Origin: Armatimonadota bacterium
Lineage (GTDB): Bacteria > Armatimonadota > SYMT01
Length of the DNA stretch: 64,000 bases
Direction of reading: 5' to 3'
Assembly: GCA_041690135.1 (NCBI GenBank)
Contig: JAWLHY010000010.1
Location: forward strand, 224,001-288,000
In this document: positions 37,468 through 46,957 of the stretch, in pieces
Layout: every line of letters begins with the position of its first letter
Numbering within the stretch: the first letter of the stretch is position 1
Program-made: the position numbers and the translations under genes
The notes under the pieces: generated by a model
What the model saw: only the letters and a program-made list of their open reading frames with translations
Database searches by the model: none
Told to the model about the DNA's origin: nothing

Positions 37468-37489
37468 GCCTGGCCAGTTAACCGGCCGG

Positions 37490-38476
37490 TTAACGGTAGC
37501 CTTCCGGATGAGAGCGGAACCAGTTCCACGCGTGCCCCATGATATCGCGGAGTTCCGGATAACGGGGTTCCCACCCTAATTCGCGGCGAAGTTTTTCGCT
37601 GCTGGCCACCAGCCGGGCCGGATCTCCCGCGCGCCGCGGTTGTACTTCGGCCGGAATGGCGTGGCCCGTGACCTCGCGCGCGACGTCGATCACCTCTTTT
37701 ACCGAGAAGCCGTTGCCGTTGCCGACGTTGTAAGCCTCGAACTCTTTGCCCTGCTCCAGGGCTTTAAGTGCTAGCACGTGAGCGCTGGCAAGATCGCAGA
37801 CGTGGATGTAATCCCGGATGCAGGTACCGTCTGGCGTATCGTAGTCGTCGCCGAAGATCAGGATCTTTTCCCGTTTGCCGAGCGGGACCTGCAGAATCAG
37901 GGGAATGAGATGCGTCTCGGGGCGATGGTCTTCCCCAATTTCCCCCGACGGATCGGCGCCACAGGCGTTGAAGTACCGCAGGATCACCGCGCGCATGCCG
38001 TGAGCCCGGTGAAACCAGTCGAGCATCTCTTCCACCATCAATTTCGAAAGACCATAAGCATTGGTGGGCTGCTTACGCGCCGTCTCCACGATCGGAATCT
38101 GCTCCGGTTCCCCGTAGACCGCCGCCGTGGAGGAAAAGACGATCTGCCGAACGTTATTCCGTGCCATTGCCTGAAGCAGGCTCAGGGTGCCGCAGGTGTT
38201 GTTCTGAAAGTACTTGCCCGGGTTCTGGACCGACTCCCCGGCCTCGATGTAGGCGGCGAAGTGGACCACGGCCTGCACGTCGAATTCCTGAAACACGCGG
38301 TCCAACTTGAGGCCGTCGTGCAGATCCCCGACAATCGTCCGGTAGTTGGCGACGGCGGGGGCATGACCCTTTTCCAGGTTGTCGTAGACCAGGGTTTCGA
38401 ACCCAGCCGCGGAAATCTGCCGCAGGGTGTGGCTGCCGATATAGCCGGCGCCACCGGTAACAAGGACGGATGCCAT
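37490..38476 (-). CDS. galE: UDP-glucose 4-epimerase
   Basis: 'VTGGAGYIGSH', 'FSSTAAVYG', 'YGLSK', 'LRYFN', 'DGTCIRDYIHV'. Confidence 0.97.
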   Translation of the reverse strand: MASVLVTGGAGYIGSHTLRQISAAGFETLVYDNLEKGHAPAVANYRTIVGDLHDGLKLDRVFQEFDVQAVVHFAAYIEAGESVQNPGKYFQNNTCGTLSLLQAMARNNVRQIVFSSTAAVYGEPEQIPIVETARKQPTNAYGLSKLMVEEMLDWFHRAHGMRAVILRYFNACGADPSGEIGEDHRPETHLIPLILQVPLGKREKILIFGDDYDTPDGTCIRDYIHVCDLASAHVLALKALEQGKEFEAYNVGNGNGFSVKEVIDVAREVTGHAIPAEVQPRRAGDPARLVASSEKLRRELGWEPRYPELRDIMGHAWNWFRSHPEGYR

Positions 38477-38487
38477 TGATATTCTCC

Positions 38488-38765
38488 AGGTGCGAGGTCC
38501 GAAGTGCGTGATGCGTGATGTGTAAAACGTGAAACGTGAGGCTTATGTGCGAGGCGGCTGCGGGGGCAGAGATTTTGCCTCGGACATGGGTTTCGTAGTG
38601 CGTATTACGTAACGCGTAAGGTTACGTGCGGAGTGGGTGCGATGGCATGGGTTCTACCTCGGGCTCGTTGGTGTTGTGTGCTTCGTAACGCGTGAGACGT
38701 GATGCGTGCGATCGGGAAACCTAGTGACGTACGGCTTACGCGGAAAGCGAATGTGCTTCGCGTGG
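38488..38765. repeat. Degenerate heptamer low-complexity intergenic tract (CGTGA/CGTAA-rich)
   Basis: TGCGTGA TGCGTGA, AAACGTG AAACGTG, CGTAACG CGTAAGG, CGTAACG CGTGAGA CGTGATG. Confidence 0.55.
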
Positions 38766-38864
38766 GACAGCGGTGAGCCGAACAAGCAGGAAGTGGGTTG
38801 GCTCCTGCTTCGGCAGGCTGGGCCACTGCACCACCAAATGAGGATGCCTACAACCGGGGGAGCC

Positions 38865-39794
38865 TCAAACCCCCGGTGCTACACCGACGCGCGGCAAGAG
38901 AGCATCCACGTCTTGTCGCCGGATCTCGGCCGTCCCTCGCGTGGTCACGATGGCGGCAGAGACGGCGATGGCGTGGCGCAAAGTCTCAGCTTCGTCCCAG
39001 CCGCGCGCCAATCCGAGGGCCAGGCACGCGGTCATCCCGTCTCCCGCCCCCGCAGGGTTGACCACGGGCACGTCCAGGCCCTCGGCCCGCCACACCCCGG
39101 CTCCGGAGACCAGTACCGCCCCTTCCGCTCCCAGGGACACGAGCACACGGTCAGCTCCCCGGTGTTGCAGCCGGCGGGCCGCGGCAACGATTTCTTCCCA
39201 AGAGTCCAACGGACCGGAAACCGACTCCAGTTCGTCCCGGTTCGGTTTGATGGCGGCCACGCCACATCCGACCGCTGCTTCAAGGGCCGGACCACTCGCG
39301 TCCACTACCACGGGCCGGCCACCGTTCCGGGCGGCGCTCACCAGTTGCGCGTATGCATCCGGCGGCCAGCTTTCCGGCAGGCTCCCGGCGATCACCACCA
39401 CCTCGGCCACACGCGCATAGCGCTCGATCCACTCCAGAAGACCGGGTAAGGTGTCGGCGGTGGGACGGAGACCTGCGGCGCAGACGGTGGTGTGTCCTCC
39501 GGTCTCCGTTTCGATCACCACCGTGTTGAAGCGTGTTTCGCCGGGGCACCAGACAAAGTCCGGCACCACGCCCGCACCGCGCAGGATCGCCTCCATCCGC
39601 CGACCGGTCTCCCCGGCGGCCACCCCGGTGGCGAACGTTTCCACCCCCAACTCCCGCAGGATGAGGGAGACATCGCACCCTTTGCCGCCCATCGAATCGA
39701 CCACGTCCGTCGCCTGGTTCCGGCGGTTGCGCTCGAACGAGGAGAGGAACAACACCCGGTCGAGACCCGTGTTGGGCGTCACCGTGAGGATCAC
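38865..39794 (-). CDS. 1-phosphofructokinase-family (PfkB) hexose kinase
   Basis: 'TVTPNTGLDR', 'GGKGCDVS', 'IKPNRDEL', 'NPAGAGDG'. Confidence 0.9.
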   Translation of the reverse strand: MILTVTPNTGLDRVLFLSSFERNRRNQATDVVDSMGGKGCDVSLILRELGVETFATGVAAGETGRRMEAILRGAGVVPDFVWCPGETRFNTVVIETETGGHTTVCAAGLRPTADTLPGLLEWIERYARVAEVVVIAGSLPESWPPDAYAQLVSAARNGGRPVVVDASGPALEAAVGCGVAAIKPNRDELESVSGPLDSWEEIVAAARRLQHRGADRVLVSLGAEGAVLVSGAGVWRAEGLDVPVVNPAGAGDGMTACLALGLARGWDEAETLRHAIAVSAAIVTTRGTAEIRRQDVDALLPRVGVAPGV

Positions 39795-39800
39795 GAGCGG

Positions 39801-40397
39801 CTACTTCAACAGACGCGCCATCATGCAGATGTACGCGTTCCGGTCGATCCGTTCCAGGGCGTCGAAGGTGATGTTCAGGTCCGTCCCGACCACGAAGATC
39901 CCGTGCCGGGGGATGAGTGTGGCGATCGGGTGGTTGGGGATCAGGTGCTCCTGTGGACGGAGCGCCTCCACGACGTTCACCGCCAACTCCGGGGTGTGAG
40001 TCGCGGCCCACTTGCAGAACCCGATTTCTCCGAACTTATCCGTCTGCTCGCTCATCGGGGGGATGGGGATCTGCTGGGACACGAACGGCATGATGTTCAG
40101 CGAGTGGGCGTGAAACACGCACCCTGCCTTTGGAAAGGCGTGATAGCAGGCCATGTGGACCGCCCCTTCTCGCGAGAACTCCCCTTCCCCTTCCAGCACG
40201 TTGCCGTCCAGGTCGAGCAGCAGCACGTCTTCCGGGCGGAGATCCCACTGGTGACGGCCTCCCGCGTAGCTGCGGCTCATGTAGACGCGGTCGCCAAAAC
40301 GGGTGGTGACATTCCCTCCGGCGGCGTCCAGCAGCTTCCGGTCGAAGGCGAGCTTGGCGATGCGCGCGAGGTGCGTTCTGGGATCTTCGACGATCAA
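39801..40397 (-). CDS. Class II aldolase/adducin-family protein
   Basis: 'GGNVT', 'SREGAVH', 'HAHS', 'RHGIFV'. Confidence 0.88.
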   Translation of the reverse strand: MIVEDPRTHLARIAKLAFDRKLLDAAGGNVTTRFGDRVYMSRSYAGGRHQWDLRPEDVLLLDLDGNVLEGEGEFSREGAVHMACYHAFPKAGCVFHAHSLNIMPFVSQQIPIPPMSEQTDKFGEIGFCKWAATHTPELAVNVVEALRPQEHLIPNHPIATLIPRHGIFVVGTDLNITFDALERIDRNAYICMMARLLK

Positions 40398-41728
40398 CTT
40401 GGGTTCTCCGGGTAGACCTGGGTGCGGAAGACGCTCCGCTGGAAGGCCAGGTACTCGTCCTTAGTCATGCGGGGACGGTCCGTCTCGAGAATCCGGTTCG
40501 CGTGCTCGGCCCCGCCACTCAACAGGTCCACGGCCAGCATCGCCAACGATTTCGCCGGCGCGAGATAGCCGTCTTGCGGGTCGGCGATGTGCCACTCGCG
40601 GCTGTGCACGTCCCCGAAACCTCCCGCCATGCTCGGATGGAGCGCCGGCATAATGTAGGACAGATCGCCCATGTCCGTGCTGCCGGTCCCGTGCCCGGTG
40701 TCGCGCACCTGGTCCGGCGCGAACAGGTATTCCCCCGCGTTCTGTTTGAACAGCTCCGCCATGGAGCGGTTGTTGATCAGCGGGAAGTACCCAGGCAGGG
40801 TGCGGATCTCTACCTGCGCGCCCAACGCCAGCGCGCCGGCCTGGAGAGCGCGGTCCACTTTGCGCTCGGCGTCGAGGATCGCCTCGGTAGTCTTACCACG
40901 CACGTAGGTCTCCATGCGGACTTCCGCCGGGATGATGTTCACGATGTCGCCGCCGTGCGTGATGATGGGGTGCACCCGGATGGCATCGTGATCGCGGAAC
41001 GTCTCGCGCTGGGCGTTGATCGCGGTCAGGCCCACCATCGCGGCGCTCAGGGCGTTCACCCCCTTGTGGGGCGCCACTCCCGCGTGCGCCGCCCGCCCCA
41101 TGTAGCGGATGAGCTTGACCACGCACCCATTGCAGCTCTCGTTGACCAGAACCTTGGCTTCCGGATTGCCGCTGGTGTGGATCATACAGGCCATATCGAC
41201 GTCGTCGAAGTGGCCCAGACGCACCAGCTCCGGCTTTCCGCCGAGGAACTCCAGCGTCCCGTCCTGGACCAGCCGCGCCCGGTATTCGACCTCCACATAC
41301 TCTTCCGCGGGAACTGCGAAGAAGACCAGGTTACCGGACAGATGCTCGATGGCGCCGGTCTCCACGATCGCCCGCGCCGCCCCCAGCATCCCCGCAATCT
41401 GCGCGTTGTGACCGCACGCGTGGGCGGCGCCCGTCTCGGGGTTCGCCTGCGGGTGGTCCCACAGCACCAGCGAGTCCAACTCCCCGATCAGCGCCACCGT
41501 GGGCCCTGGGCGTCCGGAGCGCAGCACCGCCTTCACGCCGGTGATCGCCAGCCCCTCCTGCGGCTCCAACCCCATCCGGCGGAACTCCTGGGCCACCTGT
41601 TTCGCTGTCCGGTGCTCCTTGAAGCCGAGCTCCGGATGGCGCATGATGTCTTCACCGATCTCGATGATCTCCGACCCGCGGCGGTCCACCGCCTCGCAGA
41701 GTTGGAGCTTCAGGGCGTGCTTGTCCAT
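40394..41728 (-). CDS. M20-family amidohydrolase
   Basis: 'HPELGFKE', 'HACGHNAQ', 'PAEE', 'AAHAG', 'GSTDMGD'; start MDKHAL at 41728. Confidence 0.9.
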   Translation of the reverse strand: MDKHALKLQLCEAVDRRGSEIIEIGEDIMRHPELGFKEHRTAKQVAQEFRRMGLEPQEGLAITGVKAVLRSGRPGPTVALIGELDSLVLWDHPQANPETGAAHACGHNAQIAGMLGAARAIVETGAIEHLSGNLVFFAVPAEEYVEVEYRARLVQDGTLEFLGGKPELVRLGHFDDVDMACMIHTSGNPEAKVLVNESCNGCVVKLIRYMGRAAHAGVAPHKGVNALSAAMVGLTAINAQRETFRDHDAIRVHPIITHGGDIVNIIPAEVRMETYVRGKTTEAILDAERKVDRALQAGALALGAQVEIRTLPGYFPLINNRSMAELFKQNAGEYLFAPDQVRDTGHGTGSTDMGDLSYIMPALHPSMAGGFGDVHSREWHIADPQDGYLAPAKSLAMLAVDLLSGGAEHANRILETDRPRMTKDEYLAFQRSVFRTQVYPENPS

Positions 41729-42749
41729 CGTCCGATTCGCTTTCTCCCGACACTTGCCCGCAAGAAGACCGCGGGAAGACAGGAAAGGGTTAGGCCCAGT
41801 CCCCTGCCAATCCTGCCTGAACCCCGCCAGGACAGGGCCGGTTCCGTGGGAAGGAATAGGATGGACAGGATGGGAAGGATGAGGGAAGGTGCCTCGAGAC
41901 TGGCTGGGTGTTCGGGAGGGAGCACAGGGCGGGTACCCACGCATTGGCTTCAGCATTCGCGACTGTAATAAACGATGGGTTTGGGAGGTAACACAGGACC
42001 TCGTCGTCGGTTGCGGTACAAACCCACCGTGAATCGCACCAGTCAATGATAGCGGCCGCTCCTGTACTGCCGACTCACCTCGCGATCAGCGCCTAACGCA
42101 CCATTCGTGGCGACGGATTACCCTGCAGCGAGGGAAGTTGCCGTTACCGGACCGATAGCCCGCCCCCATTAACTGCCCGGGGGATGGAGCCGCCAGCCGG
42201 TACGCATCACGGACCACGGTTCACGGGCTTCGCGGCCGGCTTGGGGTTCCCGGATTTCGATAACAGCAGCAGTTACTGCGCCCGAGATCTCTGCCCCCTA
42301 CCCCCAATCCCTGACCCAGGCGTAGCCCTGGTTTGAATGCCTGATGTGGCATCCCTCCGGGTGCGACCGACCGCATCCGTGCCTGGGAGTGCTCCAGCCA
42401 GGCTCGGAGCTCGCCAAACCCGTGCCTGGGACCTGCTTTCGCAAATGGGAGTCGAACCCCGAAACCGGGCTCATTTGCGAAAGGATTTCGCCCAGATCAC
42501 CGGAGACCGAGTGTATCCGCAGACACTTCCGTGAAAAGACCCTGGGTAACGACGACTTCCCTGACCAGGGGGCTGGCCGCGTCGCTTACGGGATCAGGTG
42601 CAACGAGCCTACTGCTTCGACATGCGCTCATCAAACTCCAAAAAGATGCTGCAGACCTATCACTCCTCGCCATGACGTGCGTGGTCACGGCCTGGTGTTC
42701 CAGGACCGTCGGGACGAATTGGCGGAAACACGGAATTTGCCCTGGCGAG

Positions 42750-42780
42750 AAAAAGGCCGGCCGATGTTACTCGGTCGGCC
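42750..42780 (-). terminator. Rho-independent terminator after the DUF1501 gene
   Basis: GGCCGGCCGA/TCGGTCGGCC stem with A5 on + (U-tract on -). Confidence 0.65.
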
Positions 42781-42833
42781 GTTCCTCTTCTCTTGGCGTC
42801 CATTGCGCCTTGGCGGTGAAGTACCCGCCCAGC

Positions 42834-44195
42834 CTACAACAGTTCGTGCAGGGGCTCCGTTCCCAGGGGCAGCAGGCGGACCGGGTGGCCTTCCGGACCG
42901 GGGAGGCGGGTGTCGAGCGAGACGCCCAGGGAGCGGTAGACTGTGGCCGCCAGCATGCCCGGATCGACGGGGCGCAGGGCCGGCGCCGCACCTTCGGCAT
43001 CGGAAGCGCCCACGACCACGCCGCCGCGGATCCCGCCGCCACCGAGCATCACCGACCAGCAGCCGGTGTGGTGGTCGCGGCCGCCGTGGGCGTTGATCCG
43101 GGGCGAGCGCCCGAACTCCGTGAAACAGCAGACCAGCGTGTCCTCGTACAGGCCGCGGTCGACCAGGTCCTGGATCAGCGTGGCGATGGCCCGGTCGAAG
43201 TCGGGCGCCACGTGATCCACCAGGTCCTGCACGCGGGTGGGCAGGTCCGGGTAGCCGTGGCAGTCCCAGGTGTGCGCGTGGAAAAGGGTGTCGAACTGGT
43301 TGACGGTGACGAACCGGGTACCGTGCTCCACCAGCCTACGGGCCAGGAGGCAGCTCTGCCCGAATGTGCTGCGGCCGTAGCGGTCGCGGACCGCCGGCTT
43401 TTCCTTCGCGAGATCGAAGGCGGCGGTGGTGCTAACAGCGGCGCGCACGGCCGGGGCTGCCTCCGCTTCCAGTGCGGCGGAGGCCACTTCCGGTGCGTGC
43501 AGCGCCTGTCGCAATTGCGAGCGGAGAGCGCCGCGGTCCCGCGCGGAAGCCCGGTCCGAGGTCGGGAGCGGCTGGTTCAGGAGCGCCGAAAGGGAGTAAC
43601 CCGCGGCGGCCGGATCGCCCACGGCGAGAAATGGATCGAGGGTGCGGCCCAGGAAGCCCGCGTCCTGCCCGCGCCGGAGCGGCACGCCGGTATCCAGAAT
43701 CGGGTGCGGCAGCACCACGTGGGTGGGCGCGGAACCGCGAGGGCCGGACAGGTGCGCCATCACGGCGCCGAGGTGCGGCCATTCGAGGCCCTCCGCGGAG
43801 AGGTTGCCGGTTTGCATCCACTCCAGGCCCGTCTCGTGAATCGGAGCCGCCGTGTGGTAGACCGAACGCACGAGTGCGTACCGGTGCGCTTGCCGGGCCA
43901 GGCGCGGCAGGATCTCGGAAACGCGGATACCGGGAACGGAGGTCTCGATCGGCCGGAACGGACCCCGAACTTCTGCGGGAGCTTCCGGCTTCGGGTCCCA
44001 GGTGTCCAGATGCGGCATACCGCCAACGCCCACGATGAAGATGCAGTTCTTCACCTTACTGCCGGTGAACGCGCTTGCGGCGCGGGCCGCCTCGGGCAAC
44101 CCTAGTGCCAGGCCTGCCAGGCCCGCCGAGCCCGCTTGCAACACCTCGCGCCGCGTCCACGGCTGGAGCTGTTCCTGGTCCGATTCCTGATGCAT
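42834..44195 (-). CDS. DUF1501 family protein with Tat-like signal
   Basis: 'TRREVLQAG', 'HLDTWDPKP', 'YGRSTFGQSCLLARRLVE', 'WDCH', 'EFGRSP', 'GRDH'; GGAGG RBS. Confidence 0.92.
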   Translation of the reverse strand: MHQESDQEQLQPWTRREVLQAGSAGLAGLALGLPEAARAASAFTGSKVKNCIFIVGVGGMPHLDTWDPKPEAPAEVRGPFRPIETSVPGIRVSEILPRLARQAHRYALVRSVYHTAAPIHETGLEWMQTGNLSAEGLEWPHLGAVMAHLSGPRGSAPTHVVLPHPILDTGVPLRRGQDAGFLGRTLDPFLAVGDPAAAGYSLSALLNQPLPTSDRASARDRGALRSQLRQALHAPEVASAALEAEAAPAVRAAVSTTAAFDLAKEKPAVRDRYGRSTFGQSCLLARRLVEHGTRFVTVNQFDTLFHAHTWDCHGYPDLPTRVQDLVDHVAPDFDRAIATLIQDLVDRGLYEDTLVCCFTEFGRSPRINAHGGRDHHTGCWSVMLGGGGIRGGVVVGASDAEGAAPALRPVDPGMLAATVYRSLGVSLDTRLPGPEGHPVRLLPLGTEPLHELL

Positions 44196-44431
44196 TTCGT
44201 CTCTTCCTCCGGCCCGCCAGTGCCCTCGTCGCTTGCAGTTCGCACCGCTACCGCGCAAGCGTTCGCCCGCTTAAGCCGCGACACGGCCTCGCTATTATAC
44301 CTGTCGGTCGGAGGAGAGGAAGTGGCCCGCGTCACATGCGGGCAGTTCTTTCGGGTCGCCCCAGGGAGGGAACCGGCATGGATGAGGGGTTGCGCCCCAC
44401 CCATGCTCCAGAGATCTTCCGCCGGAGAGGT

Positions 44432-45193
44432 CTACTTGGGAATCCGGGCGACCACCGTCTCGCGGACGGCATCCAGCTTCTTTCCCGGCACTCCCAGCGC
44501 CAGCAGGGCGGTACGAGCCATCAGCTCGTTCCCGGCCGGAGAGAGATGGACCTGGTCCGTGGTCAGCTTGACCGAGGGGCTCTGGGCCCACGCGGTATGG
44601 AAGGCGGCATTCTGGTCCGCCACGCGCGCGCCGTACCGGGCCGCCAGCTCCCGCAGCGCCCGATTGTACTGGTAAATGCGCAGGTTACGGATGCTTTCGG
44701 CCTGGTCTTCAAAGACCGTGGTCGTGAAGAGCACCACGTCCACGTCCGCCTTCCGGGCCGCCTGGAGCATCGCCTCCACGTTCCGGGTGTACTCTTCCAG
44801 GGGTACGCGGCGGGGACCGTAACCCGCGGGATGTTCCTTGGTGAAGCCGTGCCACACGTCGTTGATACCAACGCTGATGGTCACGAGATCCGGCTTCTTG
44901 TCCAGCACGTCCTTCTGGAAACGGCCGAGCATGTCGTTGCTCTTGTGACCGCTGATCCCCGCGTTGACGATTTCGATCTTCCGGTTGGGGTACAGCACCT
45001 GCAGGTACTGGTCCATGAGCCAGACATAACCTCCGGGGCGCCCTCCACCCTGGGTGATGCTATCGCCTAGGGTCACTATCCGCTTCACCTGCGTCAGCTT
45101 GCGCGGCCCCTCCGCGGAGGCAGGAGCGGGGTTGGACCAGGCGGCGACGAAAGTGAAAGCGGTGAAGAGGAGTGCTAACGGGGTCCTGTACAT
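44432..45193 (-). CDS. Exported SGNH/GDSL hydrolase
   Basis: Signal peptide; 'GDSIT', 'NAGISG', 'GIND', 'DQVH'. Confidence 0.92.
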   Translation of the reverse strand: MYRTPLALLFTAFTFVAAWSNPAPASAEGPRKLTQVKRIVTLGDSITQGGGRPGGYVWLMDQYLQVLYPNRKIEIVNAGISGHKSNDMLGRFQKDVLDKKPDLVTISVGINDVWHGFTKEHPAGYGPRRVPLEEYTRNVEAMLQAARKADVDVVLFTTTVFEDQAESIRNLRIYQYNRALRELAARYGARVADQNAAFHTAWAQSPSVKLTTDQVHLSPAGNELMARTALLALGVPGKKLDAVRETVVARIPK

Positions 45194-45208
45194 GTTGGGG
45201 TTCCCAAT

Positions 45209-46051
45209 TCAAAGTTCGTTGCGCTCCGCCAGGCGACGGAGGTTGTCCAGATGTTCTCGCACCGTATCTCCGTCCGGCGCTCCCGGGCAGCGGGAGAGAT
45301 AGTTCCGCAGGTGATGAACGGCGCGGTCCACCTGGCGCGCGCCCAGGAGCAAGTAACCGAGGTCGCGCTCGTGCATGGCGTTGCCCGGTTCCACGAGCAA
45401 GACCTTCTCCGTGGCGACGGCCGCCCGCTGGTACTCGCGCTTCTGAGTGTGGACCAGCCGGATGTTGTTCAGCATCCGCACGAGTACGGAGCGAGGGTCC
45501 GCCGGCCGCAGGTGTTCCTGGATGCGGTCGGGCCGCGCCCCGGTGGCGATCAACCAGCGCTGCGCGAGTTCCTCATCGTCCAGGATCAGGCCACCGTGAA
45601 AGGGGTCGATCGTCAGAACGCCCTCTGCGGTAGCATATCCCAGCAGAAAATGGCCGGGGAAATTGATGCTGTAGAGGGGCCAATCCAAACGCCGGGCGGC
45701 GCCGAGCACCACGGCACCGAGGCTGATGGGAATGCCGAGTTTCCGGTCCAGGACCTCATTGAGGTAGCTGTTCCGGACATCGTAGTACTCTTCCCGATTG
45801 CCGTGAAACGCTTCCTCTTCGAACAGCACACGGCGCAGCGCTACCAGACGAGCCCGGGCATCACCTACCTGCCCGGGAGCCAGGGAGGCGGCCCGCGCGG
45901 CGTACTCGTTCAAGACCGCCTCGTAACGAGCCGGATCCAGCTCCGGATATTCGTCGACGGCCAGCAACAACGCTGCCCGGTCGAGGGGAAACGGTCGCCG
46001 GTCTTCCCGGAGCAAGCGAACCAGTTCCGCGCGCGCCTCCGCAGGGCTCAC
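45209..46051 (-). CDS. SirB1-family transglutaminase-like protein with C-terminal TPR
   Basis: 'FHGNREEYYD..NSYL..VLDRKLGIPISL', 'FPGHFL', 'DPFHGG', 'RMLNNI'. Confidence 0.9.
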   Translation of the reverse strand: MSPAEARAELVRLLREDRRPFPLDRAALLLAVDEYPELDPARYEAVLNEYAARAASLAPGQVGDARARLVALRRVLFEEEAFHGNREEYYDVRNSYLNEVLDRKLGIPISLGAVVLGAARRLDWPLYSINFPGHFLLGYATAEGVLTIDPFHGGLILDDEELAQRWLIATGARPDRIQEHLRPADPRSVLVRMLNNIRLVHTQKREYQRAAVATEKVLLVEPGNAMHERDLGYLLLGARQVDRAVHHLRNYLSRCPGAPDGDTVREHLDNLRRLAERNEL

Positions 46052-46057
46052 GCCGGG

Positions 46058-46156
46058 TTACTTCTTGGCCGGGGTCGCGGCCTTCTTCTGCGCCTTCTGG
46101 GCTTTCTCCCGGCGGTGCCGCCGTCGCTTGATTTCACGGGATCGCTCGCTCGCCAT
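46058..46156 (-). CDS. Small basic protein, 32 aa (MASERSREIKRRRHRREKAQKAQKKAATPAKK); absent from the ORF track
   Basis: Hand translation; GAGGAG RBS 5 nt before ATG; TAA ends 6 nt before the SirB1 start. Confidence 0.75.
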   Translation of the reverse strand: MASERSREIKRRRHRREKAQKAQKKAATPAKK

Positions 46157-46336
46157 AGAATCTCCTCATCGCACTGCGATAACGACGGATGCCGAGAGCG
46201 GCACCCGCTTCTAAACTCATACCCTTTGGCGGCTACTCCCGTCAATCCCTCCCCACGACCGCCGAGATGCCATGGCGGAGGCGGACATTTATCCGTGGCT
46301 GGAGGAGAGTGCGGGTTTCTTAGCCAACGTCGGCGT

Positions 46337-46957
46337 GTGACGGATACGGTTCAGGACCCCGCGCGTGGGGAGACGCGTTCTCCGCTGGTCGCCGTGCTCC
46401 AACTCTGGCTGTTCCTCGCGGTGGTGGGTCAACTCATGCACCTGGCGGGCTGGCCGATGCGGATCACGGGCGATGCCGTTTCCCGTACCCCATCCGTGCT
46501 GGTCGCCCTGTTGCGGCTGAGTATCTACCTGGCCCTGGCCTACGGGCTGCACGAGCGCAGCGGAACGGCCTGGGCGGCCCTCACGCTGGAGCTTACACGC
46601 AGTTTCCTGCAGTTCTGGATGCCCATCGTTCAGGATGAAAGCGGCCTGGGAGGCAGTTTCTACCCGGCGGGCTGGGTGCAAGGCCTGCTTTCCGCCCTAC
46701 TGCCGGCGCTGGGGGTCGTCAGTATTGCCCTCGACCGGGGTTGGAGCCCGGGGCTGCATCTGGAAGCACTAACGGCCACGGCTGCGTATCTTTCCTCGGG
46801 AATTGCGCTGATGGCCGCGTCGCGATTGTTGCAGCACTCCCGCGAGTTCGGGATCGGCAAGCGCGGACGGCTCGCGGTACTGCTCTCCCACGGCTTACCG
46901 CTGGTGCTGTTGCTCACCGCCGGCGAGCGCCTGGCACTCTTCGTCTCACCCCCATGA
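46337..46957 (+). CDS. Hypothetical membrane protein
   Basis: Hydrophobic 3' part of ORF 45251-46957; stop overlaps next ATG (ATGA); start uncertain. Confidence 0.55.
   Translation: MTDTVQDPARGETRSPLVAVLQLWLFLAVVGQLMHLAGWPMRITGDAVSRTPSVLVALLRLSIYLALAYGLHERSGTAWAALTLELTRSFLQFWMPIVQDESGLGGSFYPAGWVQGLLSALLPALGVVSIALDRGWSPGLHLEALTATAAYLSSGIALMAASRLLQHSREFGIGKRGRLAVLLSHGLPLVLLLTAGERLALFVSPP

Noticed and set aside
45251-46336. N-terminal part of the 568-aa plus-strand ORF
   Set aside because: Antisense to the SirB1 gene and the small basic protein; only the hydrophobic 3' part looks real.
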